From an uncultured delta proteobacterium (GTDB taxonomy: Bacteria > Desulfobacterota > Binatia > UBA9968), in NCBI GenBank assembly GCA_963840855.1, contig CAWJBB010000040.1, forward strand, positions 320,001-384,000: a stretch of DNA of 64,000 bases, in the 5' to 3' direction. Shown here piece by piece: positions 12,013 through 21,670 of the stretch. The first letter of the stretch is position 1. The number at the start of each line of letters is the position of its first letter. The translations under genes were made by a program, and so were the position numbers. The notes under the pieces are model-generated. The model was not told the DNA's origin. It saw only the letters and a program-made list of their open reading frames with translations, and searched no databases.

Positions 12013-12492
12013 TTAGTCCGCCAACGCTTTCAAATCGCCTTCCGGGCAGCCCACCAAGACCTGGTCCCCGTCCACGCGCACCGGCAACCGGTACAGCGCT
12101 TCGCCTTTGCACGGCCCTTCGACGCACACTCCGTTGGCGAATTCATAGAGGGCGCCATGAGTGTAGCACATGAGATAGCGGCCGTCCTCGCTCAAGAATT
12201 GATCCCGGATGAAATCCAGCGGCGTCGCCATGTGGCGGCAACGGTTCACATAAGCATGGAACTGTCCCCGATCGTTCACCAGAAAGGCATCGATGCGATA
12301 TTTTTGGCAAATCAGCCAAAATTTCTTCACACGACCCGGTTCAAGCTCGTCGATCTTCGCCACCGCTCTCCCCCCCAAGCGGCTTTCGCTTTTCATCAGC
12401 CGTTTGTCGCGCAAAAAAATCCAGCGACGCATGGCCAAGCCGGCGAGGTACACGCCGAGAAACAGCAGCGACAAATAGATCGTAATTTCCAT
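12013..12492 (-). CDS. Rieske [2Fe-2S] protein with N-terminal membrane anchor
   Basis: CRH...CYTHGALY...GPC.G; N-terminal hydrophobic helix. Confidence 0.88.
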   Translation of the reverse strand: MEITIYLSLLFLGVYLAGLAMRRWIFLRDKRLMKSESRLGGRAVAKIDELEPGRVKKFWLICQKYRIDAFLVNDRGQFHAYVNRCRHMATPLDFIRDQFLSEDGRYLMCYTHGALYEFANGVCVEGPCKGEALYRLPVRVDGDQVLVGCPEGDLKALAD

Positions 12493-12511
12493 CGAATGGG
12501 CCGGAGCGGAG

Positions 12512-12835
12512 CTACTTCGGCTCTTTGTCCACCAATTCGCGAATCCGTTTGACGTCCGGCGCCGACTGACGGCCGGCGATGCCCATCACCTTCATCAACT
12601 CGGTGGTCATTTCCGCGGTCACCTGATCCTGGATGCTGCCTTTCCCGTCAGGATCAGCTTTGAGAAACGTCATGATCTTTTCCTTGGAGACTCCGGTTTT
12701 CTCCAGTCCGTCGAGAAACTCGCCGAAACCGACCCGGCCGCGCAGCTGTTCAACGCAGGCTAGAAGCTTTTTACAGTCGGCGCAAATCCGCGCCAACATC
12801 CGCGCGCCCTCACCGCAGTAGCGGCAGCGAGCCAT
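12512..12835 (-). CDS. Hypothetical protein with N-terminal Zn-ribbon
   Basis: CRYC...CADC; co-oriented and tightly packed in the run of genes. Confidence 0.65.
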   Translation of the reverse strand: MARCRYCGEGARMLARICADCKKLLACVEQLRGRVGFGEFLDGLEKTGVSKEKIMTFLKADPDGKGSIQDQVTAEMTTELMKVMGIAGRQSAPDVKRIRELVDKEPK

Positions 12836-12867
12836 AAGTCATCTCATCCAGTTTTTGCAACGGCGAT

Positions 12868-13671
12868 TTACTTTCCTTCCGCCATCGCCTTCGCCCACAA
12901 GTCCTGTAACCCTTCGCTCAATGCCCCGTTGGCCGCCACCACGCCGCGGTGACGCGGTTCCCGCTGGTTGAATAGCAAATCGTTGCCGCTGCCATTGACC
13001 ACCTTGCCGCCGGCTTCTTCCACCATAAGAACGCCCGCGCAAATATCCCACTCATGAATCGAGCGAAAGGTCAGCGTGCCGTCACCGTCGCCGGCGGCAA
13101 CTTTAGCGAGTCGGTAAGCGATGCTGCCGATGTGTTTCATCTCGCAGCGGTCGGCGAACACCTGAAACTTACGTTTCGGCTCCGAACGGCTCACCAGCAA
13201 ACGAGCGCCGTCGATCTCATGACGTGGCGTAACCCGAATCGGCTGTTCGTTTAAAAAAGCGCCGTGGCCGGCCGCGGCTTTATAGAACCGATTTTTCGCG
13301 GGATTGAAAACCACCGCGGCTTTCGGTCGGCCGTCTTCGACAAAAGCGATGGAAACCGCGAACTGCGGTACGCCTTCGATAAATTCTTTGGTCCCGTCGA
13401 TGGGATCGATAACCCACAGCCGCGAGCTTTGCAGCCGTTCGGCGCCGTCCTTGTCCTCTTCCGAAAGCCAACCATCCTGGGGAAAGTTTTTATGAATGGT
13501 TTCCCGGATTAGCCGGTTGGCTTCCAGATCGGCCGTGGTCACCGGATTGTTTATGCTCTTCTCATGTACGTCGAACTTGCCCTTGAACAAACCCATGATC
13601 GCCGCCCCCGCCTCCTTGGCGGCGCTCTCCGCGATGTTCAATTCTTCACTGTACGGAAAGTTGTCGGTCAT
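12868..13671 (-). CDS. Inositol monophosphatase / CysQ family phosphatase
   Basis: VTTADLE, LSEE, WVIDPIDGTKEF, EWDICAG. Confidence 0.9.
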   Translation of the reverse strand: MTDNFPYSEELNIAESAAKEAGAAIMGLFKGKFDVHEKSINNPVTTADLEANRLIRETIHKNFPQDGWLSEEDKDGAERLQSSRLWVIDPIDGTKEFIEGVPQFAVSIAFVEDGRPKAAVVFNPAKNRFYKAAAGHGAFLNEQPIRVTPRHEIDGARLLVSRSEPKRKFQVFADRCEMKHIGSIAYRLAKVAAGDGDGTLTFRSIHEWDICAGVLMVEEAGGKVVNGSGNDLLFNQREPRHRGVVAANGALSEGLQDLWAKAMAEGK

Positions 13672-13885
13672 ATTTCTGGTATCCCCTCTGCCTACAAACG
13701 GTTGCGGTCGTTTACTCCATTCGTCATGTCAAGGCGCTGAGCCAACCCGGACTATTCACACTTGTCATGGGCTTCGAGGTGTCCCTTCAGCCGGAAGAAA
13801 AATTCAGTCCAGAGATCCTGATTCAACGTTTCGGTATAAATATCCGGGTAAATTCGGAACCTTCAACTCGATGGGGCGCTGCAAA

Positions 13886-14473
13886 CTAATCATCGGCCCA
13901 GTTTTTGGAGCCGCGGATTGCCGCGCCGGCGCGCTTCATTTCGTCGAGCGCTTGCCGCGCGTCATTGAGATTCAGATTGACGCCGCGCACCGCGTCTTCC
14001 AGCACGACGACAGTGAAGCCTTTTTGCAAGCCGTCGAGCACCGTTTGCTTGACGCAATAGTCGGTGGCGAGACCGCCGACGACGAGCCGCTCGATGGCCC
14101 GCTCGCGCAGCAAGTCCGCCAACCCAATGCCGCGCGCGTCAACCCCGTCGAAACCGGAATAGCTATCGGCGTTTTCTGCCATTCCCTTGGAGACAATGAC
14201 GGCACCCTTCCCAAGAGCCAGATCGGCGTGGAACTCAGCCCCTTTGGTGCCCTGGACGCAGTGCGGCGGCCACGATCCGCCGTGTGTATTAAAATGCGTC
14301 GTCTGTTGGGGATGCCAATCGCGGGTTGCGATCACCGGTAATCCGGCCCGTTCAAACTCCGGGATCAAGCGATTGAGGACCGCAACGACCTGGTCGCCGT
14401 CAGTCACGGCTAATGCACCGCCAGGGCAGAAATCGTTCTGCACATCGACGATTATCAAAGCGTCCTTCGCCAT
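13886..14473 (-). CDS. pncA: Nicotinamidase/pyrazinamidase
   Basis: VDVQNDFCPGGAL, RDWH, WPPHCVQ, GLATDYCV. Confidence 0.92.
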   Translation of the reverse strand: MAKDALIIVDVQNDFCPGGALAVTDGDQVVAVLNRLIPEFERAGLPVIATRDWHPQQTTHFNTHGGSWPPHCVQGTKGAEFHADLALGKGAVIVSKGMAENADSYSGFDGVDARGIGLADLLRERAIERLVVGGLATDYCVKQTVLDGLQKGFTVVVLEDAVRGVNLNLNDARQALDEMKRAGAAIRGSKNWADD

Positions 14474-14530
14474 CGATAATCATTATAAAGCATGCTACGG
14501 TCCTTGCAATCGCGCACGCAACCCCTTCCC

Positions 14531-15230
14531 ATGGCTACACAAGCGGTTTTTTTCGACGCAGCGGGCACGCTCATTAAACCAACAAACTCGGTTGGCCAAA
14601 GCTACGCGTCGATCGCCGAAAATTACGGCCTGCGCGTCGCGCCCGCCGAGCTGTTTAACCGCTTTCGCGTCTGCTTTGACAGCGCCGCTCCGCTCGCCTT
14701 CCCAGGTGCGGCGCCGGCTACCATCAGCGCCTTGGAACAAGACTGGTGGAAGCAGCTTGTCCGGCGAATCTTCGAGCCCTTCGGCCCTTTTGACAGGTTC
14801 GATGCTTATTTCGACGAACTGTTCGCCTACTTCGCGCGGCCGGCGTCGTGGGAACTTTACCCTGAAGCCATTGAAACGCTTCGAGCGCTCAGAGAGCGTG
14901 GGCTCGAACTCGCCGTGGTCTCCAACTTCGATTCCCGCCTACGCAACATTCTCGAAGGTCTCGGCGCGGCATCTTGGTTTGACGGCATTTTTGTTTCCAG
15001 CGCCGTGGGCTACGCCAAACCGGACCGCCGCATCTTTGACTTCGTCATAAAATCGCGGCAGCTCGTGGCGACCAATGTCCTGCATGTCGGAGACAGCGTC
15101 ACCAACGACATAGGCGGTGCCACCAACGCGGGCGTGAAGGCTATCCTCGTGGACCGAAAAGGCGCCCATGAAGCCGACTACAATACCGCGGGTGGCAAGC
15201 CTGAATGAGATTCTCGCTTACCTGGACTGA
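14531..15230 (+). CDS. HAD-IA family hydrolase (indel near 15180; true stop probably 15230)
   Basis: FDAAGTL, SNFD, KPD..IF, HVGDS..NDI; shifted frame continues IPRVASLNEILAYLD*. Confidence 0.85.
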
Positions 15231-15239
15231 GGAGAGATT

Positions 15240-15962
15240 ATGGCAACCTCCAGCTGGCAACAAGTGGAAATCGACGGCAGCATCATGCGCCTGCATGTAA
15301 GTGTCCCCGAAGGTGCGGGGCGGTTTCCCGCTCTGGTGGTTGCGCAACATCAGGGCGGCGTTGACGAATTCGTCCAATCGATGACGAAACGGCTGGCCGG
15401 CGCAGGGTATGTGGCGGCGGCGCCGGAGCTCTACCATCGCGACGGGCCGGAATGCTCCGACGACGCCAAAACCCGCAGCATGCGGCTGCGCGACCGCAAC
15501 GTGATTGACGATATGAACGCGGCGGTTTCCTTCTTGCAGCGGCACAGCGCCGTCGCCCCGGCGCGGGTCGGCATCATCGGATTCTGCATGGGCGGCCGCA
15601 TCGTTTACCTGATGGCCGCGGCCAACCCCGAGCTCAAAGCCGCGGTCGCCTATTACGGCGGCAATATCTTTCGCGCCTGGGGCAGAGACATTCCATCGCC
15701 CTTTGACCGCACCGCGGAAATTCACTGTCCCCTGCTCGGCCATTTCGGCGCAGACGACAAAAATCCCTCCCCCGAAGACATGCAGAAACTCGACGCCGCG
15801 CTGACGAAGTTAAACAAGAGCCATGAATTTTATTCTTACGACAACGCCGGCCACGCCTTCATGGACAACACCAAAGAGAGCTACCGCCGCCACGCCGACG
15901 AAGCTTCCTGGCCGCGAACGCTGAGTTTTCTAGACCGCCACCTGGCGGAATCGGCGGCGTGA
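15240..15962 (+). CDS. Dienelactone hydrolase family protein
   Basis: GFCMGG nucleophile elbow, GHAF. Confidence 0.9.
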   Translation: MATSSWQQVEIDGSIMRLHVSVPEGAGRFPALVVAQHQGGVDEFVQSMTKRLAGAGYVAAAPELYHRDGPECSDDAKTRSMRLRDRNVIDDMNAAVSFLQRHSAVAPARVGIIGFCMGGRIVYLMAAANPELKAAVAYYGGNIFRAWGRDIPSPFDRTAEIHCPLLGHFGADDKNPSPEDMQKLDAALTKLNKSHEFYSYDNAGHAFMDNTKESYRRHADEASWPRTLSFLDRHLAESAA

Positions 15963-16038
15963 ACGGTTATTCCCCGCCTTTTTTGCGATCCAGAGCGGAT
16001 GGCGGCGAGTTTCGCGCGAGACACTAGAAACGGCCCGC

Positions 16039-16674
16039 CTAATGTAGCGTCACATACCGTTCCAGCCGCGCCACTTCTTTCTTGTCGACGTACTTGCCGA
16101 TCTCTTTGCGAAACTGGTCGATATTCGTGTAGGGTCGGTATTCCTTAAACTCGCGGAGCATGCGCTTGCCGGTACCGGGGATGCTGAGTATGTCTTCGTC
16201 GCTGCCGGTGTTGAGATTCACCGGCACAAAGACATACTGCTCCAGGCGCGCGACTTCCTTTTCATTGACGTACTTGCCGATCTCTTTGCGAAATTGCCCG
16301 AGGTTTTTATAGGGCCGGTATTCTTTGAATTCGCGGAGCATGCGGTTTCCCGCGCCGGGGATCAGCAGGATTTCTTCGTCACTGGCGTTATTGAGATTGA
16401 TCTGGACAAATATCTTGGTGTAGAGCTCCGCCAGTTGTTCTTTTTTGAGTTTATCCGACAAGAATCCGTGCAACTCCGCCATACGCAGGAACGGCCGGCG
16501 CGCGATCATCTCTTTGACAAGCGCCGCGTTCATATAGGGCAGCGCAAGCAATTCCTTTTCGCTCGCCATATCGGGATTGACCAGTCCTTCGGAACGGCCG
16601 ACCTGCCCGTGAGCTTGCAAGGACAGCATCAAAGCCAATCCCACGATCATTGCTGATAATATTTTGGGTCTCAT
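16039..16674 (-). CDS. Exported helix-hairpin-helix (ComEA/PsbU-like) repeat protein
   Basis: Signal peptide; duplicated NLN..SDE.IL.IPG.G.RMLREFKEYRPY...FRKEIGKYV unit. Confidence 0.75.
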   Translation of the reverse strand: MRPKILSAMIVGLALMLSLQAHGQVGRSEGLVNPDMASEKELLALPYMNAALVKEMIARRPFLRMAELHGFLSDKLKKEQLAELYTKIFVQINLNNASDEEILLIPGAGNRMLREFKEYRPYKNLGQFRKEIGKYVNEKEVARLEQYVFVPVNLNTGSDEDILSIPGTGKRMLREFKEYRPYTNIDQFRKEIGKYVDKKEVARLERYVTLH

Positions 16675-16685
16675 CCAGCTTCTCC

Positions 16686-17160
16686 TCACTTCTTGTTTTG
16701 ATTTCTTGCGGTTCCGGCCAACGCCGGATGCCGGTAGGTGTACGCCAAGCCCAACAGCCCAAGCTGTACCATGACTCCGGGTGCAAGCGAAGGCGGGTTC
16801 TTGCTCCGGACGGCTTCCCAAAACAACGACCAACCGGCCAGCGAAGGGTTGGATTCCAGTTTAAACTCGGCGCTGCCTTGAAAGTGATAATAAAATCCGG
16901 CGAAGCCTGCAGCGATGAAAGCCATCATGATTGCCCGCACCGCGCGCGTGCTTCTCGGCCCGCGTTCGGCGAAATGCCAACCCAGCACGCCAATGCCGAA
17001 TCGCTTTGAGCGCCAAAGGAATCCATTGGCGCCAGCCCTCGGTATGATCGAGAAGCAGCAGCTCTGCGCCGGTGCCGATCATTCCCAGCAGCAAGATAAC
17101 CAGCAAGAAGCGGCGCAGCGCTGAAAGCGGCGCCGACTCGCCGAGAACCGGTTGACTCAC
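16686..17160 (-). CDS. Membrane protein (frameshift near 17000)
   Basis: ORFs 16861-17160 and 16686-16988 join into one multi-TM protein (ELLLLDH..., EF.LE.NP, PP.LAPG). Confidence 0.6.
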
Positions 17161-17422
17161 GCGTCACTTCTCTCTTCTCAAAAAGCGGAGGGCGGCTTTG
17201 CACTGTTGGCAAGCACAGGCTTCGGCCTGTCCGCGGGGCTATGCATCGGCGCTTTGATCGCCGCCAACTTCGCGATGCTGGCGTGAGACCAGAGCGAGCA
17301 TGATGAAAAAGTTGTGGAGCGTAAAGCAGCCCACGCGCGGCGTAACACAGTTTTTCTTGCAGGGTGGCGCGGGGTGCTGTCAACGCGACCCAACAGGCAA
17401 CCCCTGTGCCCAGCCTGCCATC

Positions 17423-18505
17423 TTAGGTCCCGAACATCGGCATGCGCGCATCGGCGCCGTGTATTTTGCACTCGTCGATAAAAATTTTGTGTATCTCGGG
17501 GTTCTGATCTTCGTACTCGATTTGCGCTCCGCCTTTTTTCACGTCCTCGCCGGTGTCTTTGAGGTCTTCGACATTGAACTTGAAGCCCCAGGGCTTGAGC
17601 GCCAGATAACGCGCCGGCTCGGCGCCGGGATTGAAATGCTGGTGCCACCACTGCATCGGCGGCACGAACATGCTCATGCGCCCCCATTCGACGCGCCGCT
17701 TGGTGCCGTACTCGCCTTCCGGCCAGAGATACGAGTAGCCGCAACCGGTGAGCATGACGATATGGGCGCCGGCGCCATGGCGGTGCGCCTTCTTGTACTT
17801 GCCGATGGGAAATTCCGACACATGCGCGCTCATCGTGTTATCGACGAATTCGAATAGCGTGGTGCGGTTGTCGCCGCCTCGTTCTTTATAATCCTTGGGC
17901 TGGAAGCCCCATAGATCGGCGATGAAGTTCGATTCCCACACGCGCCCTTTTTTCACCTCGGGAATGTAACGCCCGCCCTTTCCCCACTCGTCGGCGCCGC
18001 CGCTGTAGCGGTCGGCAAAGACAAACGAGTTGTTGAAAATGTAATCGAGGTTGCGGTAGCGGTTGATGATCACCGGCGCGTCGGTCAGGGAAATCATGCG
18101 CACCGGCTTGTCCCCCTGGGCGTTGAAGTGCTGGTGCCAAGCGTTAAGCGGCGTCGCAAAGAGGCTGCCCTTTTGCCACTCCAACGTGTGTTTCTTGCCG
18201 CCGTCGTTCCATATCGTCGTCGCCCCTTGTCCGTCGAGAATGAAGATCGCTTTTTCATACATATGGCGGACGGGTTTAAGCTGTCCGCCCGGCGCGATCT
18301 CCTCGATTAACGTGTCGCAGGTGCCGCCGGCGCCGTCCATGTTGGCGAAAGCCGCTTTGCCGCCGGTGCGCGCCCAATCGCCAAGCTTTAACTGCAGCAA
18401 ATCGGGAATAATGAAGTCCTTGTATACCGGGATTTCTTCCCACTCCTGATAAATTTCGTATGGACTCTTCTGTGAAAATGCCGATGCATCGTTCAGATTT
18501 TTCAT
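17423..18505 (-). CDS. Bicupin protein (family often found beside EutA-like genes)
   Basis: Two cupin motifs: RHMYEK...PLNAWHQHFN and KAHRHGAG...PPMQWWHQHFN. Confidence 0.85.
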   Translation of the reverse strand: MKNLNDASAFSQKSPYEIYQEWEEIPVYKDFIIPDLLQLKLGDWARTGGKAAFANMDGAGGTCDTLIEEIAPGGQLKPVRHMYEKAIFILDGQGATTIWNDGGKKHTLEWQKGSLFATPLNAWHQHFNAQGDKPVRMISLTDAPVIINRYRNLDYIFNNSFVFADRYSGGADEWGKGGRYIPEVKKGRVWESNFIADLWGFQPKDYKERGGDNRTTLFEFVDNTMSAHVSEFPIGKYKKAHRHGAGAHIVMLTGCGYSYLWPEGEYGTKRRVEWGRMSMFVPPMQWWHQHFNPGAEPARYLALKPWGFKFNVEDLKDTGEDVKKGGAQIEYEDQNPEIHKIFIDECKIHGADARMPMFGT

Positions 18506-18563
18506 TTTATTGAATTCCTCCTAGCCGAATTAGCGAAAATTTTCTCCCATCCGCCATGCTTGA

Positions 18564-19268
18564 CTACCGGATCTGCGCCATGTAGAAACCCAGCGCGCCG
18601 CGATAGGCGCGGTCGACGGCCATCGAGTCGCGTGCGCCTTGCAACACCAGCTCGCAGTCCTGTGGCGTCTTCACGTAACGCTCGAATATTGCCGAAATAT
18701 TTTCTGAGTGGTCCATGTCCGCGACGACGTGCACGTCCAGAGAAATCATCCTTTTCAGATTGATGCCCAGCTCATTCTCGAACTTCTTGCCGACGCGATA
18801 AGACATGCCGCCGCCGTTGACGATTTTGCCATTGTTGCGCCGTTCCAGCATGTGCGAGGCGGTATAGGCCGCGAGCCAGTGGCTGCGCATGGCGATGTGG
18901 TGCCACGCATAGAAGCAGGCGCGCACCATCGCCGGAATTTCAGCCTTTTCAAAATCCTCCGGTGTAAGGCCGATTACCTCGCCCTGTTTGACGGTGAGCG
19001 CGTAGTGATCCATCCCGGCGCGCGGATCGTTGATCAGCTCGTCGCTCTCGTGCTGCCAGATCACGCGCTTTACCTCCAGCGGCGCGCCGCCTTGGACATA
19101 ACCCCAGCAGTCGCGTCGATTGCTGGTGTAGAGCGCGTTTTGCACGACGTAAAAGCGCCCCCGCTCCATGGTTAGTGGCAGGTCGAGAAGCGCATTGAAT
19201 TCAACGCTGTCAAACTGGTCGTTAACCATCTTGTCCAAGGTTTTCAACAAGTCGTCCAAGAGACTCAT
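18564..19268 (-). CDS. Heme-oxygenase-like diiron (PqqC/CADD/TenA-fold) protein 1
   Basis: HESDEL...DH, LE, HVVADMDH metal-ligand pattern. Confidence 0.78.
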   Translation of the reverse strand: MSLLDDLLKTLDKMVNDQFDSVEFNALLDLPLTMERGRFYVVQNALYTSNRRDCWGYVQGGAPLEVKRVIWQHESDELINDPRAGMDHYALTVKQGEVIGLTPEDFEKAEIPAMVRACFYAWHHIAMRSHWLAAYTASHMLERRNNGKIVNGGGMSYRVGKKFENELGINLKRMISLDVHVVADMDHSENISAIFERYVKTPQDCELVLQGARDSMAVDRAYRGALGFYMAQIR

Positions 19269-19282
19269 AGGCCCTCCGGTCC

Positions 19283-19999
19283 TTAGGGTAATGCCTCTAC
19301 CAAATCCGCCAAATGGCCGCGGTAGACCCGGTCGATCATCAGACTTTCCTTAGCGCCCCGGAGAATCGCCTCCTCGGCCGCCTCCGTCGTCGCGTACCTG
19401 CGCGCAATCCGCGCCAGCATGTGCGCGTGTTCAACATCCATGACGACATGCTCGGCGTTGTTGATCTGCTTTTTCATCGGGATACTGAGATCGCGTTCGA
19501 AAATCGCGCCGATGCGCCGCGACAATGACCCGCCCTCGATCAGCTCCGCGGAGTTGCGCATCTCAAGAATCGCTGAGCCGGCGATGGCTTCCAGCCAGGG
19601 GCGCTGCGCCAGGCGAATCCAGGCGCTGAAACACACCTCGCCACCTTCCAGCCGCGCGGTGCGCTCGAAGGCCTCGGCCTTGAGACCGAACACCTCGCCT
19701 TCTTTCACAGCCAGCGTGATGTGGTCCGTCTTGCCTTCGCTTTTCCGGCCGATCAACTCGTCCTCTTCGTGCTGCCAAATTATTTTTTTGATCTCGAGGG
19801 GCGCCGAGCCTTGTACGTAGCCCCAGCAGTCGCGCCGGTTCTGAACATAATACGCCATCTGGATAGAATACTGTTGCGCCCGTTCCATAGAAAACTTGGC
19901 GCCGAGCAGGCGCTTGAACGGCGCGGTTTCGAACTGCTCATTGCACAGCCGAACCAGCTCGTTCCATAAGGTCTCTACTCTCTCCTTGTTTGCACCCAT
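19283..19999 (-). CDS. Heme-oxygenase-like diiron protein 2 (paralog of neighbour)
   Basis: NRRDCWGYVQG.APLE shared with neighbour; HEEDEL...DH, ILE, HVVMDVEH. Confidence 0.78.
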   Translation of the reverse strand: MGANKERVETLWNELVRLCNEQFETAPFKRLLGAKFSMERAQQYSIQMAYYVQNRRDCWGYVQGSAPLEIKKIIWQHEEDELIGRKSEGKTDHITLAVKEGEVFGLKAEAFERTARLEGGEVCFSAWIRLAQRPWLEAIAGSAILEMRNSAELIEGGSLSRRIGAIFERDLSIPMKKQINNAEHVVMDVEHAHMLARIARRYATTEAAEEAILRGAKESLMIDRVYRGHLADLVEALP

Positions 20000-20102
20000 G
20001 AGAACTCAACCTTCCGCAATGAGGCGTGGAATTTTTCCCGCCGCGCGCTTCTCGATCTTTATCATAGCCATTATTCCGCTGTCTAACCTGGGCGCGCTAC
20101 CT

Positions 20103-21566
20103 TCATACGCCAAACGCCAGACTCTTGATCACCACTGGAACGAATCCTTCGCCTTCGACAACTTCCCCGACGTCGATGAAGTCCAACTCGGTCAAACTCA
20201 CCTCGTCGATGCAGGGCATGTTCCATTTGGCCGAAAGCATGCCGCCCACCACTTGACCGACATTTTGCACAAAGACCAGAGCCGAAGGTTGGTCGTCCGT
20301 TGGCAGACCTGCCAACGCCCGGTCGATTCCCTTGGCCAGGTCTTGCACCGCGCCGTAGCCCACGAAGGGCGGCGTCGAAAATGCCAGAACGAAGGGCGCG
20401 TCTCTCACTTCAGGGTCGCGTTCGCCGAGAACCTTTTTGACCGCCGCTTCGGCGCGGTCCGCCACCGGAGCGTCCCAATCGACCTGGGCGACGAAGACGC
20501 GCAGATTACGAACCGGCAGGCTCATGCTTTCCGGGATAAAGATCGTCTCACCGCTCAATTGCACCGTGTATTGCGACGCGCCGATCACCGTCGCGCGGAT
20601 GCCTTCTCCGGCATCGAGTATATTGAAGCCTCGGACATCCGCTTGCTTTCTAATTTCCCGGCCGAGATAGGGCCCCAGATCCCCGAAGCCCTGGGTTTCG
20701 CGCCCGTAGATATATTCAGACACTCCGCCGGAAAAGAGAATACCGTCGATCTTGGGCAATTCACCAAGCGGCGAGCTAATGTAAAACTCATCCCAGGGTT
20801 GCTTTCCTTCCGCCACCGCGTCGAACAGAACATGCGCCATCCGCGCCGCAAGCCGCTGGCGCAAGTCATCCGAGATTTTCGCGCCATAATCGATATTTTG
20901 CCCGAGTGCCGCCAAAAATCGCCGCCCGCCCTTCTCCAAACGAATGACCGATTCGGCGCCATCATAGGCCACCAGACGCGCGCCGATGTTGACCGCCGTA
21001 GTGGCGCGAATCCTGCCTTCCACGATGACGCTGATCTTCGTCGTCCCACCGCCAACATCGATGTTCAGCAACGTCAAACCCTGCTCGCGGCTGGTGAGCA
21101 CCGCGCCGGAGCCATGCGCGGCCATGATAGTTTCCAAGGTCGGTCCCGCCGTGGCGCAAACAAACTTCCCGGTATCATCGGCGAATAACTCGGCGATCTT
21201 ACCCGCGTTGTCTCTGCGCGCCGCCTCGCCGGTGATGATCACGGCGCCGGTGTCGATGTGGTTTCGCGTCAGCCCCGCTTCCTTAAACGTATCGTCTATC
21301 AGTTCTCTCAGTGGTTCGGCTTCGATGTTCCAATCGCCGCTGAACGGCGTCAACAATATCGGCGAGCGCGCGATGACGTTCCGTTCGACGACGATGGGCT
21401 TGCGCTGGAGCAGCGACGGATAGCCGATCAGAAGCCGCGAAAACATTAGATGGGACGTCGAAGAGCCGATATCAATGCCGACGCTGGTGAGATGCGTGTG
21501 TGGACCGACCAGCCCTTCGTGGTCGTGACCATGATTACCGTGGCCGTGATGTTGATGGCTAAGCAT
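20103..21566 (-). CDS. eutA: EutA-like reactivating factor (ASKHA ATPase)
   Basis: SVGIDIGSSTSHLMFS, GAVIITGE, AGPTLE..MAAHGSG, NIDVGGGT, FSGGV, IRATVIGASQYT; His-rich N-terminus. Confidence 0.85.
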   Translation of the reverse strand: MLSHQHHGHGNHGHDHEGLVGPHTHLTSVGIDIGSSTSHLMFSRLLIGYPSLLQRKPIVVERNVIARSPILLTPFSGDWNIEAEPLRELIDDTFKEAGLTRNHIDTGAVIITGEAARRDNAGKIAELFADDTGKFVCATAGPTLETIMAAHGSGAVLTSREQGLTLLNIDVGGGTTKISVIVEGRIRATTAVNIGARLVAYDGAESVIRLEKGGRRFLAALGQNIDYGAKISDDLRQRLAARMAHVLFDAVAEGKQPWDEFYISSPLGELPKIDGILFSGGVSEYIYGRETQGFGDLGPYLGREIRKQADVRGFNILDAGEGIRATVIGASQYTVQLSGETIFIPESMSLPVRNLRVFVAQVDWDAPVADRAEAAVKKVLGERDPEVRDAPFVLAFSTPPFVGYGAVQDLAKGIDRALAGLPTDDQPSALVFVQNVGQVVGGMLSAKWNMPCIDEVSLTELDFIDVGEVVEGEGFVPVVIKSLAFGV

Positions 21567-21670
21567 AGCAAGAAGATCGTTTTAACGGAGTGTCGGAGTA
21601 TTGGCGTGTTGCGGTTGGAGAAAATGCATCACTCCACGACTCCATTTTTCTTTCTTCGTTCCGCTCATCG

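Noticed and set aside
13496-15050. Long antisense or overlapping ORFs (for example 13496-14341, 14187-15050, and 19896-21188 elsewhere)
   Set aside because: Shadow frames of well-supported genes in GC-rich DNA with no recognisable motifs
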